Source: Octopus bimaculoides
Taxonomy: Eukaryota
Assembly: GCF_001194135.2 (NCBI RefSeq)
Contig: NC_068998.1
Span: 5,968,519 to 6,032,518, forward strand
Length of the DNA stretch: 64,000 nucleotides
Reading direction: 5' to 3'
Both the position numbers and the translations under genes were made by a program. Shown here one piece after another: positions 37,789 through 51,249 of the stretch; the first letter of the stretch is position 1, and the number at the start of each line of letters is the position of its first letter. A model generated the notes under the pieces. It did not search any database, was not told the origin of the DNA, and was given only the letters and a program-made list of their open reading frames with translations.

Positions 37789-40237
37789 GGAGTTACTTTT
37801 GCCATTATTTTACCAGTTTCTTCATCTATTTATCTTTATCTATTTGTTTCCGACCTACCTTCATCTGTGTACATGTACATGCAAGTTTGTAGTTACGGAT
37901 TGCTTTTTTAGCTTAAAGGATTTCATTGCCATATTCTTTTTTTTTTTTTTTGGTTGCTTTTAAATATTTTCTGTGTAGTCAACTAGGTTTGTTTGCATGG
38001 ATATTAGTTCATATTTCCACGACACACAACATGGAATAATCTGCAGTTTTTCTCAATTAAATTAGTAGGTTCAGTTCTTGTCCAGTTTTCTAAGTATATC
38101 TGTCCATTGCATTTCCATTTTATAATTTATTTCATGCCCCAAAGTTTTTGTAGCATCTGTAGTGGCTATTACTCTCTGTTGCTGGTAGCTTTGTATAATG
38201 GCTGTTACATGCAGCAGTCCCAATCATTATAAGCTCTCACTCCCCGTGAAGCATAAGCCATTGACTTGTCCACTGCTCTCGACTCCGAGTGGTCCTCTTA
38301 CTGGTCTCGATTGTTTTGAATTGTCATCAATGCTTCTGTAACTTTGCCTTTTCTCTAGGTAGAGTGTTGACCCTATACAGACATTTTTTATCCCCGGGGA
38401 AAGAAAAAGGTAGTCCATTATTCGACTGGTTTCCATTCTTTGACATGTTGAGCATGTGAGGTCCTACCAGTAGCTTGCTCTCTGCTGACATGTCTCTCAG
38501 AATCATTGAGGCATGCAAGCCACCACTATGTAACAAGTCCTTGTGTTGGAGTCCTTGTTGTTGGTTTATTACGGACATTGAAGTTCTAACCATATAGTAA
38601 TGGGTCCTAACCTTTCTATAGTCATGGCTTTGTTATCTCTTAACCCTTTTCACACTGACCCTCCTGAGACCACCCTTGGCTCTGATTAAACATTGCATTT
38701 TAAAGAGGTGTCAGTTAAAACTTTCAAGATTGCATGTTAATTTGTTCGAAACAAAGTTGACTAAATTCTTCATTATTTTAAAAATTAAATGAAATTTAAT
38801 GTATTTAACCAGAAATCACAATCATCCTCCTCATCATCATTTTAGCATCCATTTTTCCATGCTTGCATGGATGGGACAGTTTATTGTGGCAGGTTTTCTA
38901 CTTTTGGATTCCCATTTTAACACCGACCCTCACCTGTTTCCAAGCAAGGTAATATTTCCACATGGCCAGATAGGTTTTCAAAGAATATTGGAAATAAATG
39001 ATTTCGCATATCAGTAACATTCACTGACAACTATCATGTGATGTCAAGACAAGAAGATACAAACATACTCATGTTCACTCACACTCATATTACATACACA
39101 TAAATATATATGATGGGCCTTTTTGAATTTCCATTTACCAAATCCATTTATTTTGTCAATTTCAAACCGATGATAGGCAAAGTTGACCTCAGCAGGAGTT
39201 GAACTTGATGTTCATGCTTCATTAACTCTTTGTTTGGATGATGGGGAGTTGAACTGTCTTATAGAATGATCGAATGAAATTACCCTTGAATGCTTGAATG
39301 GTGTAGTTGATGGCAGGGAAGACCACTTTGAAATTGAAATTGAATCTGGCTGTGTACAATGGGGTAGTGAGCTTGAGCAAGTGTGTTGGTGACACTGGAC
39401 ACATTTTGGTTTTATTAAACCTTTACAGCAGAGTATAGATTGTGAGAATGAGGGAGTAGCTATAAAGTATTGCAGTGAATAAACACTGGTAGGTGTAACA
39501 CCATCACAATCCCTTCAAGGATAGACTCTTGCTTATGAGATAAAAAGAAAAAAAAAATTCTAAAAGTTTAAGCGGTTGTTCAACTGATGTCATTAACTTA
39601 AAACTAATCAGCACCCATGTTTCCTGGCTCAGCTGGTTGTTTTATGGCTCAATATTGAGAGTACCATTAAATCTAGTGATCAGCTTTTCATGGTTTATTG
39701 CTGATAAAACAAATAACCAGTGATATATTAACTGAATTGATCCAATTACATTTTCTTTTTTTTTTCTCCTTTTTTTTTTGTTTCATTTTATTCATTTAAA
39801 GAGGAAAGAAGTACTCTCTTTATAACTTATTAGAACTTGTCCTTTTCCTACTATCGGGAGATGTGGGTGAGGCTAGTGCTGTTGATAATGTTCTGTTGAT
39901 GCAGGTTAGTAGATTACTGGAAAACATAAACAAGGGTGTTTATTACACTCGACTGGAGGTCGGTTGGGCATGGGGAATAAGGGAGAGGTTTTTACTATAT
40001 GTACTAAATAGGTTGATTCAGAGTCATTAAGTTTTCAGAGTAAAAGGCCATTGTAGTAATGGAAGAACAGGAGTAAAAGGCCACAGCTATCATAATGGAT
40101 GAAATGTAAAAGATACCGTTATTGGTTAGTTTTATTTATTACCACTGTCTCTTAGAGATAGTTCATGGCACATTGTGTAGGGGAAAGGAACATGGTAAAA
40201 TGTCTGTGGATAACTGTTGTCTTAAGCATTCTTCCAT

Positions 40238-40635
40238 TATTTTTTTAACATTCATTTTTTCATGCTTGCTTAGATTAGATGCTATAGATTTTCACTGACC
40301 AGATGCCCTACATCCTGTTGCCAATCTTTACCTGTTTCCAAACAAGGTAATATTTCTCCTTGGCCAGGCATGTTTCCACGGAAGACCGGAAACAGATGAT
40401 GCCAATTGGATAATGGAGACACAACTATCACACATGACAAAAGGTCATGGACATAAGGCACTCACCCAAACATATTTGATGGGCTTCTTTTAATCTGTCA
40501 ACCAAATCCACTAAAAAAAGATTGTGGTCAGTTTGGAGCTATAGTAGAAGACACTTGCCCAACATGCCATGCAGTGAAACTGAGCCTGAGGCCATGTAGC
40601 TGGGAAGCTGACTTCATACCTTACTGCCATGCCTG
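40238..40635 (-). mobile_element. Minus-strand copy of the RTE-tailed SINE family
   Basis: Reverse-complemented tail (catgcttgc, agatgccc, cctgtttccaaacaaggtaatattt) and head (tagtagaagacacttgcccaa...actgagcctg...tgggaagc). Confidence 0.7.
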
Positions 40636-41219
40636 TTCCTAGCCATAATATTTAGTTTTGGTAATTTCTTCATTTGCATGATTGTTTCCTCCTAAGAATT
40701 TCTTTTGATTTCAAGAAAGAAAAGAAGAAAATGTCAAAAGGAAAAGTATGTCATATCCTCTGAAAGACATGCGAGAAACCATTTCTGGTGGATTTCTTAA
40801 GAACGTCATGAAATTAGCAACTCTGGTATTTTGTCCTCCTCTTCCTGTTCTCCCAATACTTTTAACATTTGAACAGATAAATCCTGTGTCTACCGATCAA
40901 TTACTTACATACCTCATAAAAAAAAACAAAAACAGAAAGCAAAACTTAATCCATCGACAAGTATAAAACATTGGAATCGCAAATAGTAAACAAACATTAC
41001 TCAACTATAACAAGTCTTGTATTATTTCTCTTGGAACCTTTCTCCTTTGATTAGTGAAGCACGCACATTAGAGTGTATAAAAGATGATCAACTGGAAACT
41101 GAATTCCTTTGAGGAATTTTTATTTTTTATTTTATTTTATTTCTTTTTTATTTGTGAGCTGTTAAGCTATAGGTGAAAGTATTTTATTTTTCCCCCCAAA
41201 ATTTCTCTAAGCTAAAAAT

Positions 41220-41260
<41 letters not shown>

Positions 41261-41312
41261 TTTAGACATTACTTAGTCTTTTTGTATCATATCTTATTTA
41301 TTTTTCAGTTTG

Positions 41313-41381
41313 NNNNNNNNNNNNNNNNNNNNNNNNNNNNNNNNNNNNNNNNNNNNNNNNNNNNNNNNNNNNNNNNNNNNN
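41313..41381. other. Assembly gap (N run)
   Basis: N characters. Confidence 1.
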
Positions 41382-41939
41382 TAAGCAAGAAGGCGATAAA
41401 TTTTATGTCTCATCACATCTATTTCTCTTCTTACACATAGTGTTTTATATACTATTACATTTTGGCAGTTGCTTAAATTTTGAAAGTGATAGCTTTTAAT
41501 GTTAAATTGTAACTTCATAAGATATAAAGTTTTTTTTTTTTTTTCTTAAAGGTATTATATATTTTTTAAAAGATAATATGTGATAGAACATACAGTTCAT
41601 TTAAAGAAGAAGAAAAAAAAAAAATTGAGAAATATTGCAAAATATCTCATCTAGTGATAATGCTGTATAGCAGAACTTAAATTTAACGAGAATGAGGACG
41701 CTATAAGGTGAAATGTCATTTCATTTTCAAAGCGAAAACAGAGTTTATTTGATACTGCTCACATCACTAAAATGAGGTGATAGAGGTTATTTTATATGTG
41801 GTGTACTACATTATGGCTGTCTTTTGAAGAAGGTCAACTGAGGAAACCAATGTTCTTAGCATTTAACCGGAAAAAAAAGAAAGTCTATCCTTTCTACTTT
41901 GGTAAACTTAAGGCAATGACTAACTTGGAACTTGGAGCT

Positions 41940-41983
<44 letters not shown>

Positions 41984-43744
41984 GGTAGATGAAGCTTGTG
42001 TGTGTGTATTTTCATTTGCTCTTGGCAGGTGATATCATTCATTTATTTCTGAAGAACATCAGATATTTGAGGTTAGCAGAAAAGATCATTGACTGTTGGT
42101 CAGAGAGAGATAGACAAAGAGACAGAGGTTTTACTCAATGGCAAACATTAGTTACCTTGCTGTATAAATTAGTTTGATAATTGATTAGAGAGAGAGAGAG
42201 AGAGAGAGCTGGTAGTTCCATTCAGTGGTTCTTGTTTTGCTGGAGAGTCAGAGAGTCAATGGGCAAGAAATGCTCTTGTCCTTGAACTTCAGAATAACAG
42301 TTAGCTGTTTGCCAAACCATTTTCAGTCTTTTGATGCAGTCTCTCTCTCTCTTTCTCTTTCTCCTCTCTCTCTCTCTCTCTCCATGTATCAATTTCCCTT
42401 TTCTCTATTTCCCTTCAACATACTTTCAGTTAACTGTGATGTAGTCACCTGACAACTAGAAATAGCATGTAGCAATTCATAATCTACTTGGGTCATTAGG
42501 ATTTTGCCCAAAGCTTGTGCTAAACTACAGCTCTTAAGTTGGTTCAGTCCTATTCATAAGTTGGTACAATGAGAACGGTTAAGTTTGTTGCTAAGAATTG
42601 CGATGAGATGTATAACTGATGCTTCCATGAGTCAGTGTTGTAAAGAAATACCTTGTGGTATTTCTTTGCCTTTTATCCATCCAGGGTTGTTGAAGTAAAG
42701 TACCAATCAAGTACAGGGGTTGATAGTATCAATTAACTCCTTAAAATTGCTGACCTGGTGCCTGAATGAGAAACCATTAATTATTGGATGATTTGCTTTC
42801 TTTAAGATTACTTCATGACAAAAGAGAGGTCAGTTCTTGCTAAGTTGAATCACCGCTGCTTCTATTTCTGATTGAATGTTTCAGAAAGTTATGGGGTGGC
42901 TAGTGTACCCTAGAAGAACATGAACCTAAGTTATTTCTTTTCACTTTGTACGTAGGTAAAAAGAAAAGAGTTGTTATTATTGTGGCAAGTATTATAAAGT
43001 TCTCAACTGTTGCTTTTTCGTCCTAAAAATCTTGCCTATGAAAGAAAAGACTATAAAAATGTGTGTGTGTGTTTATGTATACATACACATAAGGATGTAT
43101 GTATATAGAGAATCATAAGGAAATTCCTCTATCATTTAAATGATATATGAATTTTCTTATTTTACAGTTTTGTTTTTTTATATGCATTTTAATATTTTAC
43201 CATTGCTATTTCCTGGTGATATATAATTTGGAAAATGTCATCATCAAAAGATGAGAGAATATTTATAGTCCTAGGAGTGGCACAGCACATATACTGCAGC
43301 TGTTATTCTTAATTGAAGATGACTTGGTTGCAAGTACCATACTTACAATTGTTTTGAGCCTATCTTGCATCACAAGCAGGTATAGACACACTCTCCGACC
43401 ATCTACTCCTGACCCAATGTGACATCAAGGGTGTGTGTGGAAGCTAGAGAGAAGGCCTACGCCAGCACTTGGCTGGTTCTTATTTTTGCTGAGTATATGG
43501 GAGCAGCATGAAATGAAGTGCCTTGCTGAAGGACACACTGCACTGCCAAGTCTAGAAATCAAGCCCACGACTTTGTGATTGTATACCTAGATAAATAACG
43601 AATAAGGTTATAGTTTCTGTGTTACTAAAAGCATTTGAGTAAATTACTTGAGTTACAAAATTTCACAATATTCAAATATTCTTTCAAGTAAGTCTTAATT
43701 ACTTCCTCTAATTTTTTTTTTTTTAAAGAATATGTATGTCGGCA

Positions 43745-43935
43745 TTTGTCCCCCCCCCCCACTACCACTTGGCAACCAATGCTGGTGTGTTTACGTCCCT
43801 GTAACTTAGCAGCTCGGCAGAAGAGACCGATAGAATAAGTACTAGGCTTGCAAAGAGTAAGTCCTGAGGTTATGTTCAACTAAAAGTGGTGCTCCAGCAT
43901 GGCCACAGTCAAATGACTGAAACTAGTAAAAGAAT
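43745..43935 (+). mobile_element. 3' half of the 9637-type SINE
   Basis: ggtgtgtttacgtccctgtaacttagcagctcggcagaagagaccgatagaataagtactagg...gtgctccagcatggccacagtcaaatgactgaaa. Confidence 0.75.
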
Positions 43936-45529
43936 ATTTGTCTACAGGGAACCTTTGGTACCAGACAAGTAACAGTTCTTTTAAAAAGAATTATCTACCT
44001 TTCTGGTAGTATTGAATACTTCATCTACTTTGTTACTAAATGAGTGTGCATGTGTATATATATGTGTATACATTCATACATACTGACATACATTGATTTC
44101 TGTTGAAGGAAAACTTCAGGCATGGCATATTATGTCTTCAGGCAAGGCACTTGATTTTGTTTGACGAAAACTTTAAAATACCTACCTAATTAAGCAATCG
44201 CTCTGTACTACTATGTCTACTACTATGATTAAAAAAAAACAAAAAAATTATGGAAATTACATTTTTTTCGTTTCTAATTTTTCTTTTTTTTTACATGGCA
44301 ACAGACTTCTGAGGTGACAACACTTTTCTGAAATTTTTTGACTCTTTTGATACCAACCTACACAGGATGACTTACCACTTCCAGTTCTTTGATAGCTCTC
44401 TCATTTTTAAGGTTTCATACTGAAATTAGAACCCTCACTCATGATTTTATATAAGGAAATGTTAAAGTTGTGTTCCAACTGAATATTGAAAGAAGTTGTT
44501 TCAATGAATAGTTGTAAAATCTTGAAAATTTTCGAAATTAATTCTACTATGACAGCTATATATTTAATAAGAAATATAGTTTTCCAAGGGTTGTATTTTT
44601 CTTATATATTTAAAAAAAATTTGTCTGCATTAAATAGGTTAGCACTTAACTATTATGAAATGATAACTTAATTGGAGTTCTTAGTTTCTAAACAATTCCT
44701 GCAAACCAACATAGCGTCTTCTACATGTACTTAGTGATCATTCCCATACTACTTGGGCAATACAGTGAAGATACTGCTTTGCTAATGAGGCTGTAATAAC
44801 ACTAAAATGCTTGGAATTGTCTCCCTTAATTGCTGGAATAATTAAAAGTATTAGCCACTGACAAGTATTGTTTTTGTTCTCACCGTTCATTTATTCCTGG
44901 ATAACTTTTTGATGCTCCTTGCATTAAATGTTAATACTAAATTAATTCCCTGTAGTTCATATTAGGCATCTTGGCCATGCTGGAACCCTACTTTAATTAA
45001 TTTGTCTACAATCATTATCGTTTGATTTATATGCAACTAATATACTCTTACAGTGTTTTCCCTATTTTTCTCTCTCTAGCAACTATTTATTGTGCTAGAA
45101 AAAGCATAAAGCAAAAAATAAGCTAATTCATATATTTTTTGTGTTTTCGAGAGTTGTAAATATTGGCATCATTTTCAATATTTATAACCATTTTAGTCTA
45201 CGTAATTGGAAATCTATCACTTTGAAACCTACAAATGTTTGCCATGCTTAGCCCAGCTGTGATTGTATCAACCCTAGAAATAGAGAGAGAGAGAGAGATA
45301 AATGGAATAACTGTCACCCACACTGAATACTTATTAACTGCATATGTGTACACACACTGTTCACATTCACACATGTATATATTGACCAATAGTTGCATAT
45401 ATATATATCTATATATATATAGATATATATAGATATAGACAGATAGATAGATAGATACACACCAAATCATCTGAGCATTGTAATGATTTTAGTTACCCAT
45501 TGCACACACATAAACTGTCACATAGATTT

Positions 45530-45669
45530 ATGCACTCTCTCTCTCTTTCCGTAACTCTTCTAGTCTTTTCTCCACTTGCATGCACGCACATTCTCCCTCT
45601 GCTTGCACACCTGCATTCTGTCTTTCTTGCACCCACCTACACACTCTTGTGTGCACCTACACGCACACA

Positions 45670-45735
<66 letters not shown>

Positions 45736-45960
45736 CACTTACATACTCTTGTACACCTGCACTCACATTCTATTGCACTTGATTCATCACACACACACAC
45801 ACACACACACACTGGTTGTTTTAGTTTACGTATTTATTCACATGGATTAGTTAGCGTATTTTAGAATAGAGCTTTATATTAAGGTTATCCTTTCCCTTCA
45901 TACACTTGAGCATTTACACGTGCACACACACACACACACACTCTCCCCCACTCTCTCTCT
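45530..45960. repeat. Compound (CT)n/(CA)n microsatellite region
   Basis: Directly visible. Confidence 0.9.
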
Positions 45961-47299
45961 ATACTTCTACTACATCATAATATTTGCCACCTTAGATGCC
46001 CATAAGTCTCTCGTTTACTTCTAGTTCACTTGTATTCATTATCCGACATTAAAAACTGTGTTTTCTAAGTGATTAAATGTTTGTTTGTTCTTTTAGTTTT
46101 TTTTTCTCCCCCCCCCCTGTTTTTTCTCTCTCCAGAGCTTCAAAGTTCTCTGGCTGGTTACTAAGTTTTTTTTTTCCTGTTTTGGCACTGGTGTTGGCCT
46201 CTCCTTTCATTACTATCAGTGAAGCCAAATGGCTGTTGTTTGCTGTTCCTGTTACGTAAACTAACATAGCCTGGCGGACTTTGAAACACTGAGCCTATGT
46301 GTAAAGACTGGAGCTAATGTATGTGTATCTGTAATTAACTTTCTCTAGCTTATCGCTATTAGTCTTTCTTTGATGTGTTGCAGTTTTAATTACTCCCCTA
46401 AGATAAGGATTTCCTTCCTCAGCAGAAAGTTTCATTTCTTTCTTTGTTAATTTCTTCCTTTTTTTTTCATGTTTAGCTTTTCCATTGTTGCTGCACTAAT
46501 GACCACGAGGTCATAAGTTTAAACATTACTTTGGTAGTTTGGTGTCCCTAGGCAATGCAGCGTACCACTTAGCTTCAGTCTAACATGTTGAGAATACTTT
46601 GTAGTTGAAATATAAGAATGAATGCTTAATTATACGGAATGATAATTCATTCTATAGCAATTCTTCAAGATATTTTAAATCTTGAGAAATATAGAAGTCA
46701 ATCAAAAGGATTGAAGTTGTAAAACTGCAATAGTTGATTTGCATTGTATATTATATAACTGGTACTTTTTTCAATAAACATAGAATTCTGTTCTTGCAGG
46801 AAGAAAGAGTTTTGATGATTCTTTGAATGCTTAATTAATCTAGTCTACTTTTGGCTTTTGTTTGATATGATATACATGGACACAGGCATGGTCATGTGAT
46901 AAGGAAGTTCTCTTAATCAAGTGATTCCGAGTTCCAGTTCGCTGCATGCTATTTTGTGCAAGAAAGAATCGATGGTTCTCAGTATGCTTCACTAATCTAG
47001 TTTACTTTTGGTCTTTTTGTTTCATACAAATGGGAGGCATAGGTATGGCTGTGTGATTAAGAGGTTCTCTTCTCAATCATGTGATTCTAACTTCCACCCC
47101 ACTGCACATCACTTTGGGCCTGTGTCTTTACTATATTGCTTGGTCAATCCAAGCTGTCTGAGTGAAATTGGGTAGATCAGGATTATGGAAGCTCATCAGT
47201 TAATCTTCACCTGTTATGCTTTCTCCTCTTTTGCAATGTTCATGGAAACTTCCTGTTCTTGACATTTGTCATATTGGAGTGTGATTAAATTATTTTAAG

Positions 47300-47500
47300 G
47301 ATTATGCAAATGAAGAACATATCCAGCAGCATTTCATTCATCTTTACGCTCTGAGTTCAAATTCCACCAAGTTCAACTTCACCTTTCTCCCTTTTGAGGT
47401 TGGCAAGACAAGTACCAGTTCATAACTTGGATTGATAGAATCAACATTCCCCTATCCCAAAGTTGCTGACCTTGTGCCAAACTTTGAAGTCATTATTATT
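47300..47500 (+). mobile_element. Short SINE, same family as 28632-28797
   Basis: tctttacgctctgagttcaaattcc...agtaccagtt...gaccttgtgccaaactttgaa. Confidence 0.65.
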
Positions 47501-47725
47501 CTGTTCGTCATTTTCCTCTCTCGATATCCTTTATTTCTCTATAAATTCCTTGATTAGTTTCTTTTTGTTTCCCTCACTTTGTATCCACTGTTTGTCTTTC
47601 ATCTCTCTCTCTCTCTCCTTCCTTTCCCGAGCGTCCAATAACACTATCCGTATCACGTCCTCACTTTGTTGTTTTTTTGTTATTGTTTTTTTGTGTTTTT
47701 TTGAAACTATATATATATATATATA

Positions 47726-47767
<42 letters not shown>

Positions 47768-49832
47768 AGATTCTCTTGTCAGCTCTGTTGTATGATGTTT
47801 AGCCACCATAAGTGTTGACTACCTACACAGATGATATCTTCTCCAGTAGCGAATGAAAACTTGTGTAGGGCCAGCCTTTTGGATCAGTTTTTGGATATGC
47901 TCACAGTACAAAATTGGTGCAACTGTTTGGTACAAATTCAGTGAACAACATACCTTAGGCTTTTCTATTAATGTTCTCCATCTCCTGGGTTAGTTGCCTT
48001 CATCATGCCATTGAGTTCAACCTTGGTTAAATGTGCACCTCGGCACAAACTAGAAATTTTAAAGTCCTCATCATACATATATATAAATCTATCTATCACC
48101 CACATAATTGGATGGCCATTGTTTCCTTTCTCCAACTAAGCAATTACAGTAATTTTTTTTTTTTTAATGCTTAGGTCATTCAAAATGATCCCTTAATTCA
48201 TATATCAAAATTCATTGCCTATAACCCTCTTGTGATTATTTCCCTTTTGCTCATTTTAATTATGGTATATATTTTATTGACTGTAAAATGTGTAGTGCCC
48301 CTCCCACCTCTCTTGGAAAAAAGACACACACACACATGCTCACAGATGTTATAGGTTGAAATAGCACTATTTTTATAGTAAAATACCCCCCCCACCCCTT
48401 ATTCTGTGAATTCTTTCCCTGATAACATTGTGTGTAAATTGAATAGTGTTTGGATGTGTAGAAACCGGCATCACAAGAGTGGAAATAATAAAGCTTTCTT
48501 TATCATGCGTACACACACAACCACTGAATTTACATTGGTTGGTTTTTAATTTATTTATATATTTTCATATATATATAAATATATTTTCCAAACCTCTCCT
48601 ACCCTCACGGTTTTTGTGGGAAGTTAATATTGTCTAGTTGAATGAATCTTATCGATCAGTTTGTGGCTAAGTGAACAGAAATAATTGTCTCTTTATGCTT
48701 ATCGGAATTTAGTGCTTATGGATTGGTGAATAATAGAATACAAAATAAAATGTTTGTTTCCTTCACACAGCTTCATCGATGCTCTGTTGTGTTTTCTGTG
48801 ATTAGTGAGAAACTCATAACCTCTAAACTAGGTGTTACTTTGACCAGTTCTCAAGCTCCTCAGTCTTTGTTTACCATTATTTATTTACTTGTTTATTTTA
48901 TCGATAATCAGATGAAGAAAATTTATATAATTCATCGTTATTTTGGTTGAGATTTTTTTTCTTCTTTTTTTAAGCAGAAGTTCACTAAATGTAAATTCAT
49001 ACAACCAAACATTTTAAATCATAAATTCTAAGATTTCTGATGATGAGGTTTTTGCAGCGATAGATTTGTTTTGTTTTGTTGGTTTTTTCTTTCAAGACAA
49101 ACTTCTTTTCTCCAGCTCTTTGGTTGGTTTTTTTTTGGCATTGCCACTGTGAAGAAGTTTTGATATTTACCAAAAGAAAAACGAAAAAAAAATGTAGATG
49201 TTCACATCACTTAAGTAGTTTCATCAGGATGGTTTGGAAATGGATATGGAGCATACTACCACCACCACCACCACCACTACTAGTACCCCTACTGTATCTA
49301 ATACTTCTACAGGTGAAAGTGGTTTCACAAGGATGAGAAAAGTCTTGAAAAGTATAACAATTCATTGATGAAAAAAAATATTGCTAACTTGTAAATTGAT
49401 CACTTGAGTATAAATGTGATTGCTAAAAATGATGCTTTGGGCAACACAGCCATGTATTTGAAGGTCCTTTTGGCGAAATTGCATTGATTTTTATAGATTG
49501 TCTTGTCCTGCATCATCTTCAAGCCAGAGTAGGGGGCAAAAAAAAAAAAAAAAAAAAAAAATTTTTTGTTCAGACTTCAAGATGCGCTTGTGAGCATTGT
49601 TTTAATAATAGAAGAAAAGACGCAAAAAAAACAGACCCGAAAAAAATATACTTCTTTGAGACCACGTGAATTGTTATTGTCTTGAATCTTAGAAGATGCG
49701 AGGAAATTTGACAATAAAACAAACTCGTAAAATGAAATTTAAAAAAAAAAAAAGGGAAAACCCAAAAAGAAATAATAAATTTGCTTTATTTCATGTTTTC
49801 TTCTTTCATCTCTTTCTTTCTACTTTTTCCAG

Positions 49833-49907
49833 ATCATTTTATGAAAGGAATACTTTGTGAAATAACATCCAAATATCCGGATTTTGATATCCGCAAATTT
49901 TCCAGAA
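49833..49907 (+). CDS. Candidate alternative or cassette WAVE exon (75 nt, phase 1-1, internal ATG at 49841: MKGILCEITSKYPDFDIRKFSR)
   Basis: Long pyrimidine tract ending ...tactttttccAG (49831-49832). The frame is open when entered in phase 1 (G|AT CAT TTT ATG...). Donor AA|GTATGC at 49908. Length is divisible by 3. No homology support is available from the sequence alone. Confidence 0.4.
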
Positions 49908-51249
49908 GTATGCATCTATTTTTTTGGTGGTAGACATTCTTGTATATTCCATTTGTTTGTTTTTTTTTTCTTTTTTTTTTTTCTGTTTCATGTATTTGTT
50001 CGAGTTTTGTAGACCTGGTCTGTACTGGAATGACATTATCATTATTATTATTATTATTATTATTATTTTTTGTTTGTTAAATGAGTGAATGCATACGCAA
50101 GAGAGAAAGAGCGCATGTGCGTGTGTGTGAGAGGAAGAGAGTGAGAAAGAGGAGGAGGAGGAGAGAGTGAGAAAATGTGATAGCGAAAACTTTTCTCCAA
50201 AGTCTCTCCGAGATTTGTCTCCTCCCTTCCATATTTGCCTCCCTTTGTCAATGCACTGATCACCATCCCCTCCCCCATCCTCTGGCTGTCATTTTCATTT
50301 TTTTTTTACCTGCTTGCTTTCATTTTCTTTTCTTTTTTTTTTTTTTTTTACAATAATATACTCCCTCCTCCACTTCATCATTTGTTGTTGCTCGGTGGTG
50401 AACACTACTACAACTGCTGTATTGCTAAACATCCATAAGAATTGCCTTGTTCTGTCTGCTTGGATGTTTTTTTTTTTTACCTTTTTTTTTTCTCATTTTT
50501 TTTTTTTTATTGTTGTCTTTCAGATTAGGTCATTATTTTATCCCTTCACTTGTCACCTTCCTATGAATTCTTCATATTGTTGGTTTCCCTCCCCAACTCC
50601 ATTTTCATAAGAGTCATAGTTATTGGTCATTTTTTTCTGGTTGATGTTCGCTTTGCCTTTTGTTCCAATTCTTTATCCTTTTAGCTAACAATTTGTGTGT
50701 GTGTGTGTGTGTGTATATACACACACACACATGCACGCACACATATATGCATGTGTTCATATCTATAAATCGATTCAGTTTTGAAATATTCAGGTGTTGG
50801 AATTTCAGCTGTCGGTCTTGTATTTTGATATCGGAGATAAACTAAAGAGGAGGAACTGTTTCATGGTCATCAGTTGTCGAATAGCTGTTATCGATTTATC
50901 TTTTATTTTATTTTTCATTTTATTTCTGTGGCAGTGAGAGTGCCAAGTAGTTAGTTACTTGGTATAATTAATTAGAATGATCTTGTACTGGCTAATTAAT
51001 TATTTAGTGAAGATTATTGATGTTTCGCCTTGATTATGTAGAAGTCATAACAATATAGATACACAGTTAGTTGTTCCTCCCACCTTTTGCTATATATATA
51101 TATATATATATATATATACTACTAGTCTGTGTATGTATACACACTATATGAGTTCATGCAGGAAGGATTGTATGTGTATATATTTCCTTACCTTCATTCA
51201 CACTCTGCTAAAGTTATCTCCGCGGGCAGTAGCATTGTACAAACTCAGA

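Noticed and set aside
46658-46730. Phase-1 frame AILQDILNLEKYRSQS after a TAG acceptor, superficially like WAVE VSLQDI
   Set aside because: Only LQDI matches, the MRK.F motif is absent, and the frame stops after about 21 codons without a good donor.
49313-49351. 39-nt frame-preserving segment GESGFTRMRKVLK
   Set aside because: Poor polypyrimidine tract, weak GTATAA donor, and it conflicts with the donor reading at 49313.
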